A DNA stretch of 64,000 nucleotides from Candidatus Parcubacteria bacterium (lineage in GTDB: Bacteria > Patescibacteriota > Patescibacteriia > Patescibacteriales > UBA12465). The translations under genes and the position numbers were made by a program. The stretch is taken from positions 325,470 through 389,469 of the forward strand of contig AP029158.1 of assembly GCA_037076615.1 (NCBI GenBank), in the 5' to 3' direction. The notes below the pieces were generated by a model, which saw only the letters and a list, made by a program, of their open reading frames with translations, did no database searches and had not been told where the DNA came from. Positions 9,341 through 18,965 of this stretch are shown piece after piece. The stretch's first letter is position 1, and every line of letters begins with the position of its first letter.

Positions 9341-10387
9341 ATGGCGAGAATTGTTGGCAAAGCTTATTCTTTTGATGATGTTTTAATTGTTCCCAAATAC
9401 AATAAAGTGGCTTCACGTAAGGATGTCAGTTTTAAAACTAAAGTGACTAAGAATTATTCTCTGGATATTCCGCTCGTGGCGGCGAATATGGACACCATTT
9501 GCGAAAGCAAGATGGCGATTGCTTTGGGGCGCTTAGGCGGCTTAGGGGTAATTCATCGTTTCTTAGCCATTGCCGATCAGGCCCGCGAGGTCAAAGCCGT
9601 GCGAGCGGAGGGATTGCTGGCCGCCGCCGCTATCGGTGTTAAAGACTATGAAGAGCGCTCCCAGGCTTTAGTAGAAGCCGGTGTTCAGATTTTAGTTTTG
9701 GATGTTGCCCACGGTCATTCCAAACGGACAGATCTCGCTTTTGATTATTTAAAGAAAACTTATCCAAAAATTGATATAATGGTAGGGAACATTGCCACCA
9801 AAGATGCAGCTGAGCATTTTATCAATAAAGGGGCCGACGCCATCAAAGTTGGTATTGGCCCAGGCTCTATGTGTATCACCAGAGTCATGGCTGGTGCTGG
9901 AGTGCCGCAGATTACAGCGATTATGGAAGCCTATGAGGCGAGCCAGGGGCGAGTACCGGTTTGTGCTGATGGTGGAGTTAAACACCCGGGAGACTTAGCT
10001 AAGGCTATCGGTGCGGGCGCCGATACGGTTATGAGTGGTTCTATCTTTGCGGGCACCAACGAAACTCCGGGAGCGATGATTGAAAAAAATGGCCGAAATT
10101 ATAAAGAGTATCGCGGGATGGCTAGTTATGCGGCGACTTTAAAAAAATTATCATTAGACGGACAAAAAGTTTCAGAGGTTGTTCACGTCGAAGGCGAGAT
10201 GACGCTTTTGCCAACCGCTGGCCCCGTTGAAGATGTGGTCAAGAAATATTTAGGCGGCCTGGCCTCAGGGATGACTTATATGGGCGCCGAGACTATTGAG
10301 GCGATTAAAGGGAAGGCAGACTTTGTGGAGATTACCAGTGCTGGCTTGAAAGAAAGCGTGGCCCACGGTCTCACCGAGATTGTTTAA
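9341..10387 (+). CDS. IMP dehydrogenase / GMP reductase family enzyme lacking the CBS (Bateman) insert
   Basis: Catalytic loop [20 protein letters not shown], a TIM-barrel-length protein (348 aa) and C-terminal [12 protein letters not shown]. The start is set at ATG 9341, downstream of the promoter. Confidence 0.8.
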   Translation: MARIVGKAYSFDDVLIVPKYNKVASRKDVSFKTKVTKNYSLDIPLVAANMDTICESKMAIALGRLGGLGVIHRFLAIADQAREVKAVRAEGLLAAAAIGVKDYEERSQALVEAGVQILVLDVAHGHSKRTDLAFDYLKKTYPKIDIMVGNIATKDAAEHFINKGADAIKVGIGPGSMCITRVMAGAGVPQITAIMEAYEASQGRVPVCADGGVKHPGDLAKAIGAGADTVMSGSIFAGTNETPGAMIEKNGRNYKEYRGMASYAATLKKLSLDGQKVSEVVHVEGEMTLLPTAGPVEDVVKKYLGGLASGMTYMGAETIEAIKGKADFVEITSAGLKESVAHGLTEIV

Positions 10388-10405
10388 AAAAATAAATTTA
10401 TAAAC

Positions 10406-11860
10406 ATGGCGGAACCAGTAATTTTAAGATTTGATGAGGTGACTTTTGAGTACGTCCTGAAAAAACCGATTCTTGACGAAGCGTCTTTTTCCGTACGCAC
10501 CGGCTCAAAAATAACTTTGATGGGCCAAAATGGCGCCGGCAAGAGTACGATTTTTGGTTTGATTAAAGGCGAACTCCAAGCCAAAAGCGGCAAGATTTCA
10601 ATTACCAATGGCGCCACTATCGGTGCCGCTCCTCAGGTAGTGAATCCGGAAGATTTTTCTTTAAGCGTTGAGGCTTATCTAGCTAAAGGTTTTAAAGTGG
10701 TCCCTAAAAATATCCGCAGTTTAGTGGCTAAATCTTTAGAGGCGGTGAATCTAGTGATTCCTACCGAACGCTTAGTTGGTGATTTATCGGGCGGTCAACA
10801 AGCCCGCTTGCTGCTGGCCAGTGCTTTAATTGGTACTCCTGATATTCTACTCTTAGATGAGCCGACGAATAATTTAGATAAAGAGGGAATTGATCACTTG
10901 TTGGAATTTTTAATCATGTATGACAAAACAGTTTTGGTAATTTCTCATGATGCTGATTTTTTAAACTGTTTTACCGAGGGGGTTATTTATTTAGATGCGC
11001 GCACCAAGAAAACCGAAACCTATGTTGGCGACTACTATTCGGTGGTGGAAGAGATTTCCGATCGCGTTGAAAGAGAGCGCCGCAAAAATGCCCAGCTTCA
11101 TAAAATGATTATTGACCGCAAAGAGAAGGCGAATTTCTTTTCTCATAAAGGCGGCAAGATGCGTAAGTTGGCTAAGAAAATGAAAGAGGAGACCGAAGAA
11201 TTGGAAGAAGATTTAGTTGATGTTCGCCATGAAGATAAAACGATTCGCCCTTTTGAGATTCCGGCCCAAGAAGAATTAAGCGGCGATATTGTCGTGATTG
11301 ATTCTGTTAAAATTATTAAGAATCACGAGCCGGTAATTCTTTCACTAAACAAGCGGATTACCAAAAGAATGCACGTTTTAGTTACTGGCCCGAATGGGGT
11401 TGGTAAAAGCACTTTGCTGCGCTCCTTAATTTCCGGCACCGCCGAAGGCGCCAAGATTGCTTCGGGAGTAAGGGTTGGTTATTACAGTCAGGATTTTGCG
11501 AACCTGGATTTCAACGATACTGTTTTTGAATCTTTGGAAAAAGCAATGCCCGATCGTGATGATGTTCAAGAGTTGCGCTCTACTGCCGCCGGTTTTTTAA
11601 TCACTGGTGATCTGATGGGGCACACCGTTGGCTCTTTATCAGAAGGTCAGAAAGGCTTGCTCACCCTCGCGCGCCTAGTGCTGATGCGACCCGGCCTGCT
11701 GGTTTTAGATGAACCGACCAATCATATAAATTTTCGCCATCTGCCCGTTATGGCGGAGGCTTTCAATAACTTTGCGGGGCCGATGATTATCGTCAGCCAC
11801 ATGGAGGAGTTTGTTCGTAGTCTCAGAATTGATGATTACTTAGAGCTCGGAAAACTTTAA
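10406..11860 (+). CDS. ABC-F family ATPase (two ABC domains, no transmembrane domain)
   Basis: Walker A GQNGAGKST and GPNGVGKST, signatures LSGGQQARL and LSEGQKGLL, and a charged linker between the domains. Confidence 0.85.
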   Translation: MAEPVILRFDEVTFEYVLKKPILDEASFSVRTGSKITLMGQNGAGKSTIFGLIKGELQAKSGKISITNGATIGAAPQVVNPEDFSLSVEAYLAKGFKVVPKNIRSLVAKSLEAVNLVIPTERLVGDLSGGQQARLLLASALIGTPDILLLDEPTNNLDKEGIDHLLEFLIMYDKTVLVISHDADFLNCFTEGVIYLDARTKKTETYVGDYYSVVEEISDRVERERRKNAQLHKMIIDRKEKANFFSHKGGKMRKLAKKMKEETEELEEDLVDVRHEDKTIRPFEIPAQEELSGDIVVIDSVKIIKNHEPVILSLNKRITKRMHVLVTGPNGVGKSTLLRSLISGTAEGAKIASGVRVGYYSQDFANLDFNDTVFESLEKAMPDRDDVQELRSTAAGFLITGDLMGHTVGSLSEGQKGLLTLARLVLMRPGLLVLDEPTNHINFRHLPVMAEAFNNFAGPMIIVSHMEEFVRSLRIDDYLELGKL

Positions 11861-11883
11861 GTTATTCAATAGTAAAAATAAAT

Positions 11884-13785
11884 ATGGACCCGCTTTTTCA
11901 GTTAAAATCAGATTTTGCACCAGCGGGCGACCAGCCGGAAGCGATCGCTAAGTTAAAGTCGGGCTTAAAGGCCGGTTTAAGGGCGCAAACCCTTCTAGGT
12001 GTCACTGGCTCGGGGAAAACTTTTACCATCGCTAATGTCGTGGCCGAATTAAACCAGCCGATTTTGGTGATTGCGCCCAATAAGGCGTTGGCGGCCCAAC
12101 TTTATCGCGAATACAAAAACTTTTTTCCGGATAACGCCGTTCACTATTTTGTTTCCTATTACGACTACTATCAGCCGGAAGCTTATTTGCCGGTCACTGA
12201 TACTTATATTGATAAGGAGGCGATGATTAATGATGAACTTGATCGTCTGCGCCATGGCACCACTGCCGCACTTTTGTCGCGACGTGATGTGATTGTGGTC
12301 GCTTCCGTTTCCTGTATTTATAACTTAGGTGTGCCCGATAACTACCTAGAGGCGCGGCTCCATCTTAGTGTTGGTCAAGCGTTGGTGCGCTCTGATTTAA
12401 TCAAACAATTAGTGCGCCTACAATTTAAAAGAGTGGCTGGTAATATTGATTCCGGCCAGTTTCGGGTGCGCGGTGATATTATTGAGATTCGGCCGATGGC
12501 CGAAAAGGTGCTTTATCGAATCGAGCTCACCCGTCAAGAGATTCATCGTTTAGAAATTCTTGATGAGGAGACGAGGCAAATTAAAGAAGAACTTAAGGAA
12601 ATTGTTTTATTCCCGCCGAAACACTTTATCTCCACCCAACCACAAATTGATAGCGCCTTGACCGATATTAAAGAAGAACTTTTAGAGCGCGAGCAATATT
12701 TTAAAGACGAAGGTTTGTTTTTAGAAGCGGAAAGAATTGGTCGGCGCACCCGTTATGATTTAGAGATGATTAAAACTATCGGCTATTGCCATGGCATTGA
12801 AAATTATTCCCGGCACTTGTCGGGGAAGCGCCCGGGTGAGGCACCGGATTCGCTGTTGGCTTATTTCCCAAAAGATAAAGATGGTCAGCCCGATTTTTTA
12901 ACAATTATTGATGAATCGCATATTACCATTCCGCAAATTCGAGGGATGTATAATGGTGATCAGGCGCGTAAAAAGAACCTGGTTCAATATGGTTGGCGTT
13001 TACCCTCAGCTTTAGATAATCGTCCTTTAAAGTTTAAAGAATTTGAAGAGCGGGTTGGACAGATAGTTTTTACGACCGCTACTCCCGGTGAGTATGAGAA
13101 GATTCACTCTCAGAAAATAGTTGAACAGGTGATTCGGCCGACCGGTTTAGTTGATCCGGAGATTGAAATTAGACCGGTTTTTGATCGGGAAAAAAATCGT
13201 ACTCAGATTAATGATTTAGAAGAGGAGATTGCAACGATTACTGCGGCCGGCGGTCGAGTGCTAGTTAATACGCTAACTAAAAAACAGGCGGAAGATTTAC
13301 ATGCCTATCTGACTAAAAAAGGTGTACAGAGTAATTATCTCCATTCGGATGTAAAAACTTTTGCCCGCACCGAAGTTTTAAAAGATTTTCGGCAAGGCGT
13401 TTTCGATGTTTTAATTGGCGTTAACTTATTGCGCGAGGGCTTGGATTTGCCGGAGGTGGTCTTAGTGGCGATTTTAGATGCCGATCGTGAAGGTTTCCTG
13501 CGCAGCGAAACCTCACTTATGCAAACAATGGGCCGCGCCGCCCGTAATGTTTCTGGGCGCATTATTTTATACGCTGATCAGCTTACCGACTCAATTAAGA
13601 AGGCGACCGCCACCGTGACTAGGCGTCGCGAAAAACAATTGGCTTATAATAAAAAATACCAAATTAATCCCAAAACTATCCAGAAGCCGGTTGAAGATTT
13701 TTTGGATTTTGTACCGACCGCTGATGCTAAACCAGTAAAAAAGGGCGGTCGCGCACCTAAAAAAACTAAAAAACATGGAAGATAA
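11884..13785 (+). CDS. uvrB: Excinuclease ABC subunit B, without the C-terminal UVR domain
   Basis: Motifs GVTGSGKTFT, YYDYYQPEAY, DESH and GVNLLREGLDLPEV. It ends in a Lys-rich tail instead of the LEFEEAAxxRD coiled coil. Confidence 0.95.
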   Translation: MDPLFQLKSDFAPAGDQPEAIAKLKSGLKAGLRAQTLLGVTGSGKTFTIANVVAELNQPILVIAPNKALAAQLYREYKNFFPDNAVHYFVSYYDYYQPEAYLPVTDTYIDKEAMINDELDRLRHGTTAALLSRRDVIVVASVSCIYNLGVPDNYLEARLHLSVGQALVRSDLIKQLVRLQFKRVAGNIDSGQFRVRGDIIEIRPMAEKVLYRIELTRQEIHRLEILDEETRQIKEELKEIVLFPPKHFISTQPQIDSALTDIKEELLEREQYFKDEGLFLEAERIGRRTRYDLEMIKTIGYCHGIENYSRHLSGKRPGEAPDSLLAYFPKDKDGQPDFLTIIDESHITIPQIRGMYNGDQARKKNLVQYGWRLPSALDNRPLKFKEFEERVGQIVFTTATPGEYEKIHSQKIVEQVIRPTGLVDPEIEIRPVFDREKNRTQINDLEEEIATITAAGGRVLVNTLTKKQAEDLHAYLTKKGVQSNYLHSDVKTFARTEVLKDFRQGVFDVLIGVNLLREGLDLPEVVLVAILDADREGFLRSETSLMQTMGRAARNVSGRIILYADQLTDSIKKATATVTRRREKQLAYNKKYQINPKTIQKPVEDFLDFVPTADAKPVKKGGRAPKKTKKHGR

Positions 13786-16273
13786 AATTATCATCAAAGG
13801 GGCGAAGATGCATAATCTAAAAAATATTAACCTAAACATCCCCCATAATACACTAACAGTTATCACTGGCGTTTCCGGTTCCGGAAAATCCAGTCTGGCT
13901 TTTGATACTATTTTTGCTGAAGGGCAAAGGCAGTATGTTGAATCCTTAGCGCCGTTTGTACGCCAGTTTTTAGGACAGAAAAAACCCGCCGCCGTTGATG
14001 AGATTATCGGTTTGGCGCCGGCGATTTCCATTGATCAAAAAGCACTTTCTCATAACCCGCGTTCGACGGTCGGCACGCTCACCGAAATTCATGATTATTT
14101 ACGCCTGCTTTATGCGCGTGTCGGTGAAGTTTTTTGTCCGCAGTGTGGCCGCAAAATTGAAAAGTTAACTCTCGAAGAAATGGTGGATATTGTTTTAACT
14201 AAAATGAAAAGTCAGTCTTTAGAGACGGCCGAAGTTCTTAGTCCGGTCATTCGGGATCGCCGCGGTGAGTATTATCAACTGCTCTATAATTACTTAAACC
14301 GGGGTTATGACAAAGCACGTATTGATGGCGAGTATCATTCTTTACGTGAGCCGATTAAATTAGCGGCGCGAAAAAAACATAGCATTGAGATCGTGATTGA
14401 TGATGTTTGGGTGGAGGATGAAACACGTTTATTTGAAGCGCTGGAAAGTGCTTTAGATTATTCTAACGGTTTAGTGATTGTAAAATTTAAAGATGAGGAG
14501 CTCCTTTTATCCGCTAATTGGACCTGTCCGCATGATAACTTTGCTTTTCCGGAAGTTGAGCCGCGCCTTTTTTCTTTCAATTCGCCGCATGGCGCCTGTC
14601 CAGATTGTACTGGTTTAGGGCGGGCTAATTTTTATTCCAAAGAACCTTGTCTTGCTTGTGGAGGTAAGCGTTTACGGGCGGAGGCGCTCTCGGTCCAGGT
14701 TGGCGGCTTGAATTTAGCCGAAGTCAATGAGTTGTCCTTAGTGGAACTTCAAGATTTCTTTTGGAGTTATTATCAAAAAATGGCCCCGCGCCAATTAACA
14801 ATTGCCGAGAATGTTGTTGTTCAAATTTTAAATCGCCTCGAGTTTTTAAATAAAGTCGGGCTAAACTATTTATCTTTAGGCCGGGAGGCGGAAACCTTGT
14901 CCGGCGGGGAAGCGCAGCGCATCCGCTTATCATCGCAAATTGGTTCGCAATTATCGCGCACCCTCTATGTTTTAGACGAACCGACGATTGGTCTGCACGA
15001 GCGCGATACTGATCGTTTACTCGAAACACTCAAAACTTTGCGTGATAAAAATAACACCGTAATTATGGTGGAGCATGACGAGCGCAGTATTTTAGCCTCT
15101 GACTATCTAGTTGATATTGGTCCTCTAGCTGGCGTTTCCGGCGGTGAAGTGATGGTTGCTGATTATTTAGATAAACTTTTAGCTAATCCGAAAGCGATTG
15201 AAAAATCTTTAACTTTAAAATATTTAAGTGGCGCCACTCAGATTGCGGTGCCAGAAAAACGTCGTAGTCAAAATCACGGCTCAATTAAACTGGTCGGTGC
15301 GAATAAATATAATCTCAAGAATTTAAAGGTTGAAATTCCTTTAGGGCGATTAGTGGGCATCAGTGGCGTTTCCGGTTCAGGAAAATCAACCTTGATGCAC
15401 GATATTTTATATCAGAATTTACGCCGCCTTAAAGCGCATCGTGGCAAAATCCAGTTGACGGATTTAGCTGAGTTTAAGGGGGCGGAATACGTTAATAAGG
15501 CTGTAGTTATTAATCAGTCGCCGATTGGGCGCTCGCCACGTTCTAATCCCGCTACTTACACTGGCTTTTTTACGGCAGTGCGTAATTTTTTTGCCGAGTT
15601 GCCGGAGGCTAAAGAACGCGGCTATACACCTTCTCGTTTCTCTTTTAATGTTCCCGGTGGTCGTTGTGAGGCTTGCCAAGGGGCGGGAGAAACGCAAATT
15701 CAAATGCATTTTCTGCCGGCGATTAATGTGGAGTGCGATGTCTGCCAAGGCAAACGTTTTAACCGCGAGACTCTTCAGGTTAAATATAAAGGCAAAAGCA
15801 TTGCTGATGTTTTGGATTTAACGATTGATGAGGCGATTACTTTTTTTGGCGATAATCATTATGTCACTGATAAGATGAAAGTTTTAGTGGCCGTTGGTTT
15901 GGGCTATTTAAAGTTAGGGCAATCCGCGACAACTTTATCAGGCGGGGAAGCGCAGCGCATAAAAATTGCCAAGGAGTTAAGTTTAACTACCAGCCAGCGC
16001 ACCCTTTATTTATTAGACGAGCCCACCACCGGTCTTCATTATCGGGATATTGAAATGTTGCTTCAGGTTTTAAATCAATTAGTGGAGCGCGGTAATTCAG
16101 TGATCGTGATTGAACATAATTTGCACATGTTAAAATCGATGGATTATTTGATTGATATTGGTCCTGAAGGCGGACAGCGGGGCGGAAAGATTATGGCCGT
16201 TGGTACTCCAGAAAAGGTGGCGGAATCTAAAAAGAGCCTAACCGCTTCATATCTTAAAGAAGTTCTCAAGTAA
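13775..16273 (+). CDS. uvrA: Excinuclease ABC subunit A, short form lacking the insertion domain
   Basis: Two ABC modules (GVSGSGKSSLAFDT / LSGGEAQRIRL and GVSGSGKSTL / LSGGEAQRIKIA). Only about 10 aa separate CPDCTGLG from CLACGGKRL. The start overlaps the uvrB stop by 11 nt. Confidence 0.95.
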   Translation: MEDKIIIKGAKMHNLKNINLNIPHNTLTVITGVSGSGKSSLAFDTIFAEGQRQYVESLAPFVRQFLGQKKPAAVDEIIGLAPAISIDQKALSHNPRSTVGTLTEIHDYLRLLYARVGEVFCPQCGRKIEKLTLEEMVDIVLTKMKSQSLETAEVLSPVIRDRRGEYYQLLYNYLNRGYDKARIDGEYHSLREPIKLAARKKHSIEIVIDDVWVEDETRLFEALESALDYSNGLVIVKFKDEELLLSANWTCPHDNFAFPEVEPRLFSFNSPHGACPDCTGLGRANFYSKEPCLACGGKRLRAEALSVQVGGLNLAEVNELSLVELQDFFWSYYQKMAPRQLTIAENVVVQILNRLEFLNKVGLNYLSLGREAETLSGGEAQRIRLSSQIGSQLSRTLYVLDEPTIGLHERDTDRLLETLKTLRDKNNTVIMVEHDERSILASDYLVDIGPLAGVSGGEVMVADYLDKLLANPKAIEKSLTLKYLSGATQIAVPEKRRSQNHGSIKLVGANKYNLKNLKVEIPLGRLVGISGVSGSGKSTLMHDILYQNLRRLKAHRGKIQLTDLAEFKGAEYVNKAVVINQSPIGRSPRSNPATYTGFFTAVRNFFAELPEAKERGYTPSRFSFNVPGGRCEACQGAGETQIQMHFLPAINVECDVCQGKRFNRETLQVKYKGKSIADVLDLTIDEAITFFGDNHYVTDKMKVLVAVGLGYLKLGQSATTLSGGEAQRIKIAKELSLTTSQRTLYLLDEPTTGLHYRDIEMLLQVLNQLVERGNSVIVIEHNLHMLKSMDYLIDIGPEGGQRGGKIMAVGTPEKVAESKKSLTASYLKEVLK

Positions 16274-16284
16274 AAATCTTTATC

Positions 16285-17454
16285 ATGTCTGCTGATCATC
16301 AAGCGAACTTAAAAAAAATTATTGAGAAATCTCCAGAACGCCCGGGAGTTTATTTTTGGCGACGTGCCGATGGTGAAGTTCTTTATGTTGGCCGGGCGGT
16401 TAATTTAAGAAATCGCTTGAAACAATATTTACAGAAAAAACTTGATCCGCGGATTGCCGAGATGGTTTCTTTGGCGGCGACGGTAGACTGGTTGGAGGCC
16501 GACTCATTGCTGGAGGCCATTATCTGGGAAGCGAAATATATTAAAGATTATTGGCCGAAATATAATATTGTTGATCGCGATGGTCGCTCTTTCTCTTATT
16601 TAGTAATTCCCAGCGGTGACTACGCCAAACCATTAATTGCTCGTGGTCGTGATTTAGAAAAATGGCCGCCAAAAAAAGCTAAGGTTTTTGGTCCTTACCA
16701 ATCGCGACGCTTACTGACTACCGCTTTGCGCTTAATTCGTCCGATTTTCCCTTGGAGCACTTGCCAAACTTTAAGCGGTAAGCCCTGTTTCGATTATCAA
16801 ATCGGTCTGTGCCCAGGTGCTTGTTTGGGTGAAATCAGTGTCGCCGACTATCGACGCAATTTAGATAATTTAAGTCTGCTTTTGAGTGGCCAGAAAAAAA
16901 GACTTCTAAAAAAATTAAGTCAAGAAAGCCCGGAACAGGAGCGAGCTTTAAAACAGCTTCAGGATGTTGCCTTACTAGAAAGAGAGTCTGATTTGCGACA
17001 GTCGCGACCAATTCGTGTTGAAGGTTATGATATTTCTCATTTTGGTGGCCACGAAACCTATGCGGCGATGGTAGTATTTGAAGAAGGGGTAGTGGCTAAA
17101 GATGAATATCGGTTATTTAAAATAAAAGAAGCACCGGCCGGTGATGATGAAAGGGCTTTGTTAGAAACTTTAGAGCGCCGCTTTAAACATTTAGAGTGGC
17201 CCGCACCCAGTTTAATTTTAATTGACGGCGGCCGGCCGCAGATTAGTTTTTTAACCCGCCACCTAAAAAAACTTCATCAAGAAATACCGGTTGTTGGCAT
17301 CTCTAAACTTAATGGTGATCGTTTAGTCTTTCCGTTTGGCAGCAGTCCTAGTTTTAAAGAGTACGCCAAAGAGCTAAAACCCTTGTTGCTACAGGTTCGC
17401 AATGAAGCTCACCGGTTTGCTAATTATGGACGAAAACGGGGCTTTCGGCTATAA
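16285..17454 (+). CDS. uvrC: Excinuclease ABC subunit C, minimised (389 aa)
   Basis: GIY-YIG N-terminus PGVYFWRRADGEVLYVGRAVNLRNRLKQY and an RNase H-like endonuclease region VEGYDISHFGG ... LIDGGRPQ ... RNEAHRFA. There is no (HhH)2 tail. Confidence 0.85.
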   Translation: MSADHQANLKKIIEKSPERPGVYFWRRADGEVLYVGRAVNLRNRLKQYLQKKLDPRIAEMVSLAATVDWLEADSLLEAIIWEAKYIKDYWPKYNIVDRDGRSFSYLVIPSGDYAKPLIARGRDLEKWPPKKAKVFGPYQSRRLLTTALRLIRPIFPWSTCQTLSGKPCFDYQIGLCPGACLGEISVADYRRNLDNLSLLLSGQKKRLLKKLSQESPEQERALKQLQDVALLERESDLRQSRPIRVEGYDISHFGGHETYAAMVVFEEGVVAKDEYRLFKIKEAPAGDDERALLETLERRFKHLEWPAPSLILIDGGRPQISFLTRHLKKLHQEIPVVGISKLNGDRLVFPFGSSPSFKEYAKELKPLLLQVRNEAHRFANYGRKRGFRL

Positions 17455-17481
17455 TGTAAGTAATTATAAAATAAAAAAACT

Positions 17482-18210
17482 ATGAAAAAAATCACAGCTT
17501 TAATTTTAGGGGTGGCAATTTTGACTCTAGGAGCGGTCGCCATTGTCTCCCTAACAAATCAAGACAAGACCGATGACTATTTTACCGTTAGCGCCGAAGA
17601 AACCATTTACGCTCCCGCCGATATTGCTAATTTAGAGGTCGGGGTGCGCAGTGGCATTAAGCCTTCACCACAAGCCGCCACCACCGAAAGCAATGATAAA
17701 ACCAACGACATTATTGCCGAACTGGGTAATTTAGGTATTGAGCAAAAAGATATTAAGACCACTAATTATCGCCTTAGCCCCGAATATAATTGGACTCAGG
17801 ATCGCGGCCAAGAATTAATTGGCTATGAAGTCAGTCAAACCTTAACCATTAAGGTTAGAGATTTAGAAAAAATTGGCACCATAATTTCGCAAACAACCGA
17901 AAAAGGTGCTAATCAAATTGGCAATATTTCCTTTACGATTGATGATGACGAGTCTTTAAAATCTCAAGCGCGCGCTGGGGCAATTACTAAAGCCCAAAAT
18001 AAAGCTAAAGAAATTGCGGCCCAATCCGGTTTGAAGCTGGGGGGCTTAGTGAATGTCGAAGAAGGCGGTTATTCAGAAATTATTACCCCTTCTTTTGCTA
18101 TGATGGATAGCGCGAAGACCATGAATGAGGCGGCAGTTAGCACTCCTAATATCCAAACTGGCGAAAATGAAGTAACCGTGTCAGTGACTTTAACCTATAA
18201 AGTAAAATAA
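17482..18210 (+). CDS. SIMPL / DUF541 family exported protein
   Basis: Signal anchor followed by a typical DUF541 pattern (IGYEVSQTLTIKVRDLEKIGTIISQ ... QNKAKEIA ... TVSVTLTYKV). Confidence 0.75.
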   Translation: MKKITALILGVAILTLGAVAIVSLTNQDKTDDYFTVSAEETIYAPADIANLEVGVRSGIKPSPQAATTESNDKTNDIIAELGNLGIEQKDIKTTNYRLSPEYNWTQDRGQELIGYEVSQTLTIKVRDLEKIGTIISQTTEKGANQIGNISFTIDDDESLKSQARAGAITKAQNKAKEIAAQSGLKLGGLVNVEEGGYSEIITPSFAMMDSAKTMNEAAVSTPNIQTGENEVTVSVTLTYKVK

Positions 18211-18243
18211 ATTTTTAATCAAGGGGAGGGCTTTTGCCCCCCC

Positions 18244-18272
18244 TTGACACTTTCTTTAACTTAATTTAAGAT
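18244..18272 (+). promoter_or_regulatory. Sigma70-type promoter of the rplJ-rplL operon
   Basis: TTGACA, 17 nt, TAAGAT, immediately after the SIMPL gene terminator hairpin. Confidence 0.6.
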
Positions 18273-18278
18273 AAGAGC

Positions 18279-18393
18279 AATTAAATCAGCCCGAGACCGT
18301 CAGCAACCATAAGTCTTACGGTAGGCAGCAAATATCGATTTTTTCGTATTGTGCCGCGGCTGAGAAGTCGCGTTTTTTATTTAAATTTATTAT
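18279..18393 (+). promoter_or_regulatory. Ribosomal protein L10 leader (attenuator type)
   Basis: About 115 nt of untranslated leader. A terminator-like hairpin CGCGGC-TGAGAA-GTCGCG plus T6 (18355-18378) sits only 16 nt before the rplJ ATG. This position and architecture match the known L10 autoregulatory leaders. Confidence 0.5.
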
Positions 18394-18921
18394 ATGCCTA
18401 AAAGCAAGATTCAAAAACAAGAGATTCTGCGCACTTTAGACGAGCAAATGAAGCGATCAAAATCGGTGATTTTTACCGGCTTTAACGCTTTGGGCGTAGC
18501 GGATAACGAAGCCTTAAGAGCCCAGCTGCGCGCCGTCGGTGGAGAATACTACGTACCTAAAAAGACTCTATTAAAAAGAGTTCTTAAAGATAACGGTTTG
18601 ACCGAGCCTCAAGAAGAGGTTTTAACCGGTAAAGTCGCGGCCGTTTTTTCTTACGACGATGAAGTGGCGGCTGCTAAAACGGTTAAAGCTTTTAGTAAAG
18701 ATAAGGCGGATGAGATTTTTTTCTTAGGCGGAGTCATGGACGGGCGCCTATTGTCTAAAGAAGAAGCAATTTCTTTAGCTAACGTTCCCGGCAAGCAAGA
18801 GCTCTATGCCAAATTGGTTGGCTCAATTAATGCTCCGGTTTCCGGCTTCGTCAATGTCTTAGCGGGCAACCTCCGTGGCTTAGTTAATGTCTTAAAAGCC
18901 TTGAGTGAAAAAACCGCTTAA
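18394..18921 (+). CDS. rplJ: 50S ribosomal protein L10
   Basis: Length, position before rplL, and L10-like sequence (KSVIFTGFNALGVADNEALRAQLR ...). Confidence 0.93.
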   Translation: MPKSKIQKQEILRTLDEQMKRSKSVIFTGFNALGVADNEALRAQLRAVGGEYYVPKKTLLKRVLKDNGLTEPQEEVLTGKVAAVFSYDDEVAAAKTVKAFSKDKADEIFFLGGVMDGRLLSKEEAISLANVPGKQELYAKLVGSINAPVSGFVNVLAGNLRGLVNVLKALSEKTA

Positions 18922-18965
18922 ACTTATTATTAATTTAATTTAAAATAAAACTAAATTATAAAACT

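Noticed and set aside
13591-14031. Antisense shadow ORFs inside long genes. This one is an example. Others are at 2492-2734, 26834-27250, 40346-40777, 51358-51699, 54900-55208 and 15464-15821.
   Set aside because: They lie opposite or out of frame to confidently identified genes. They have biased low-complexity composition and no start-site signals.
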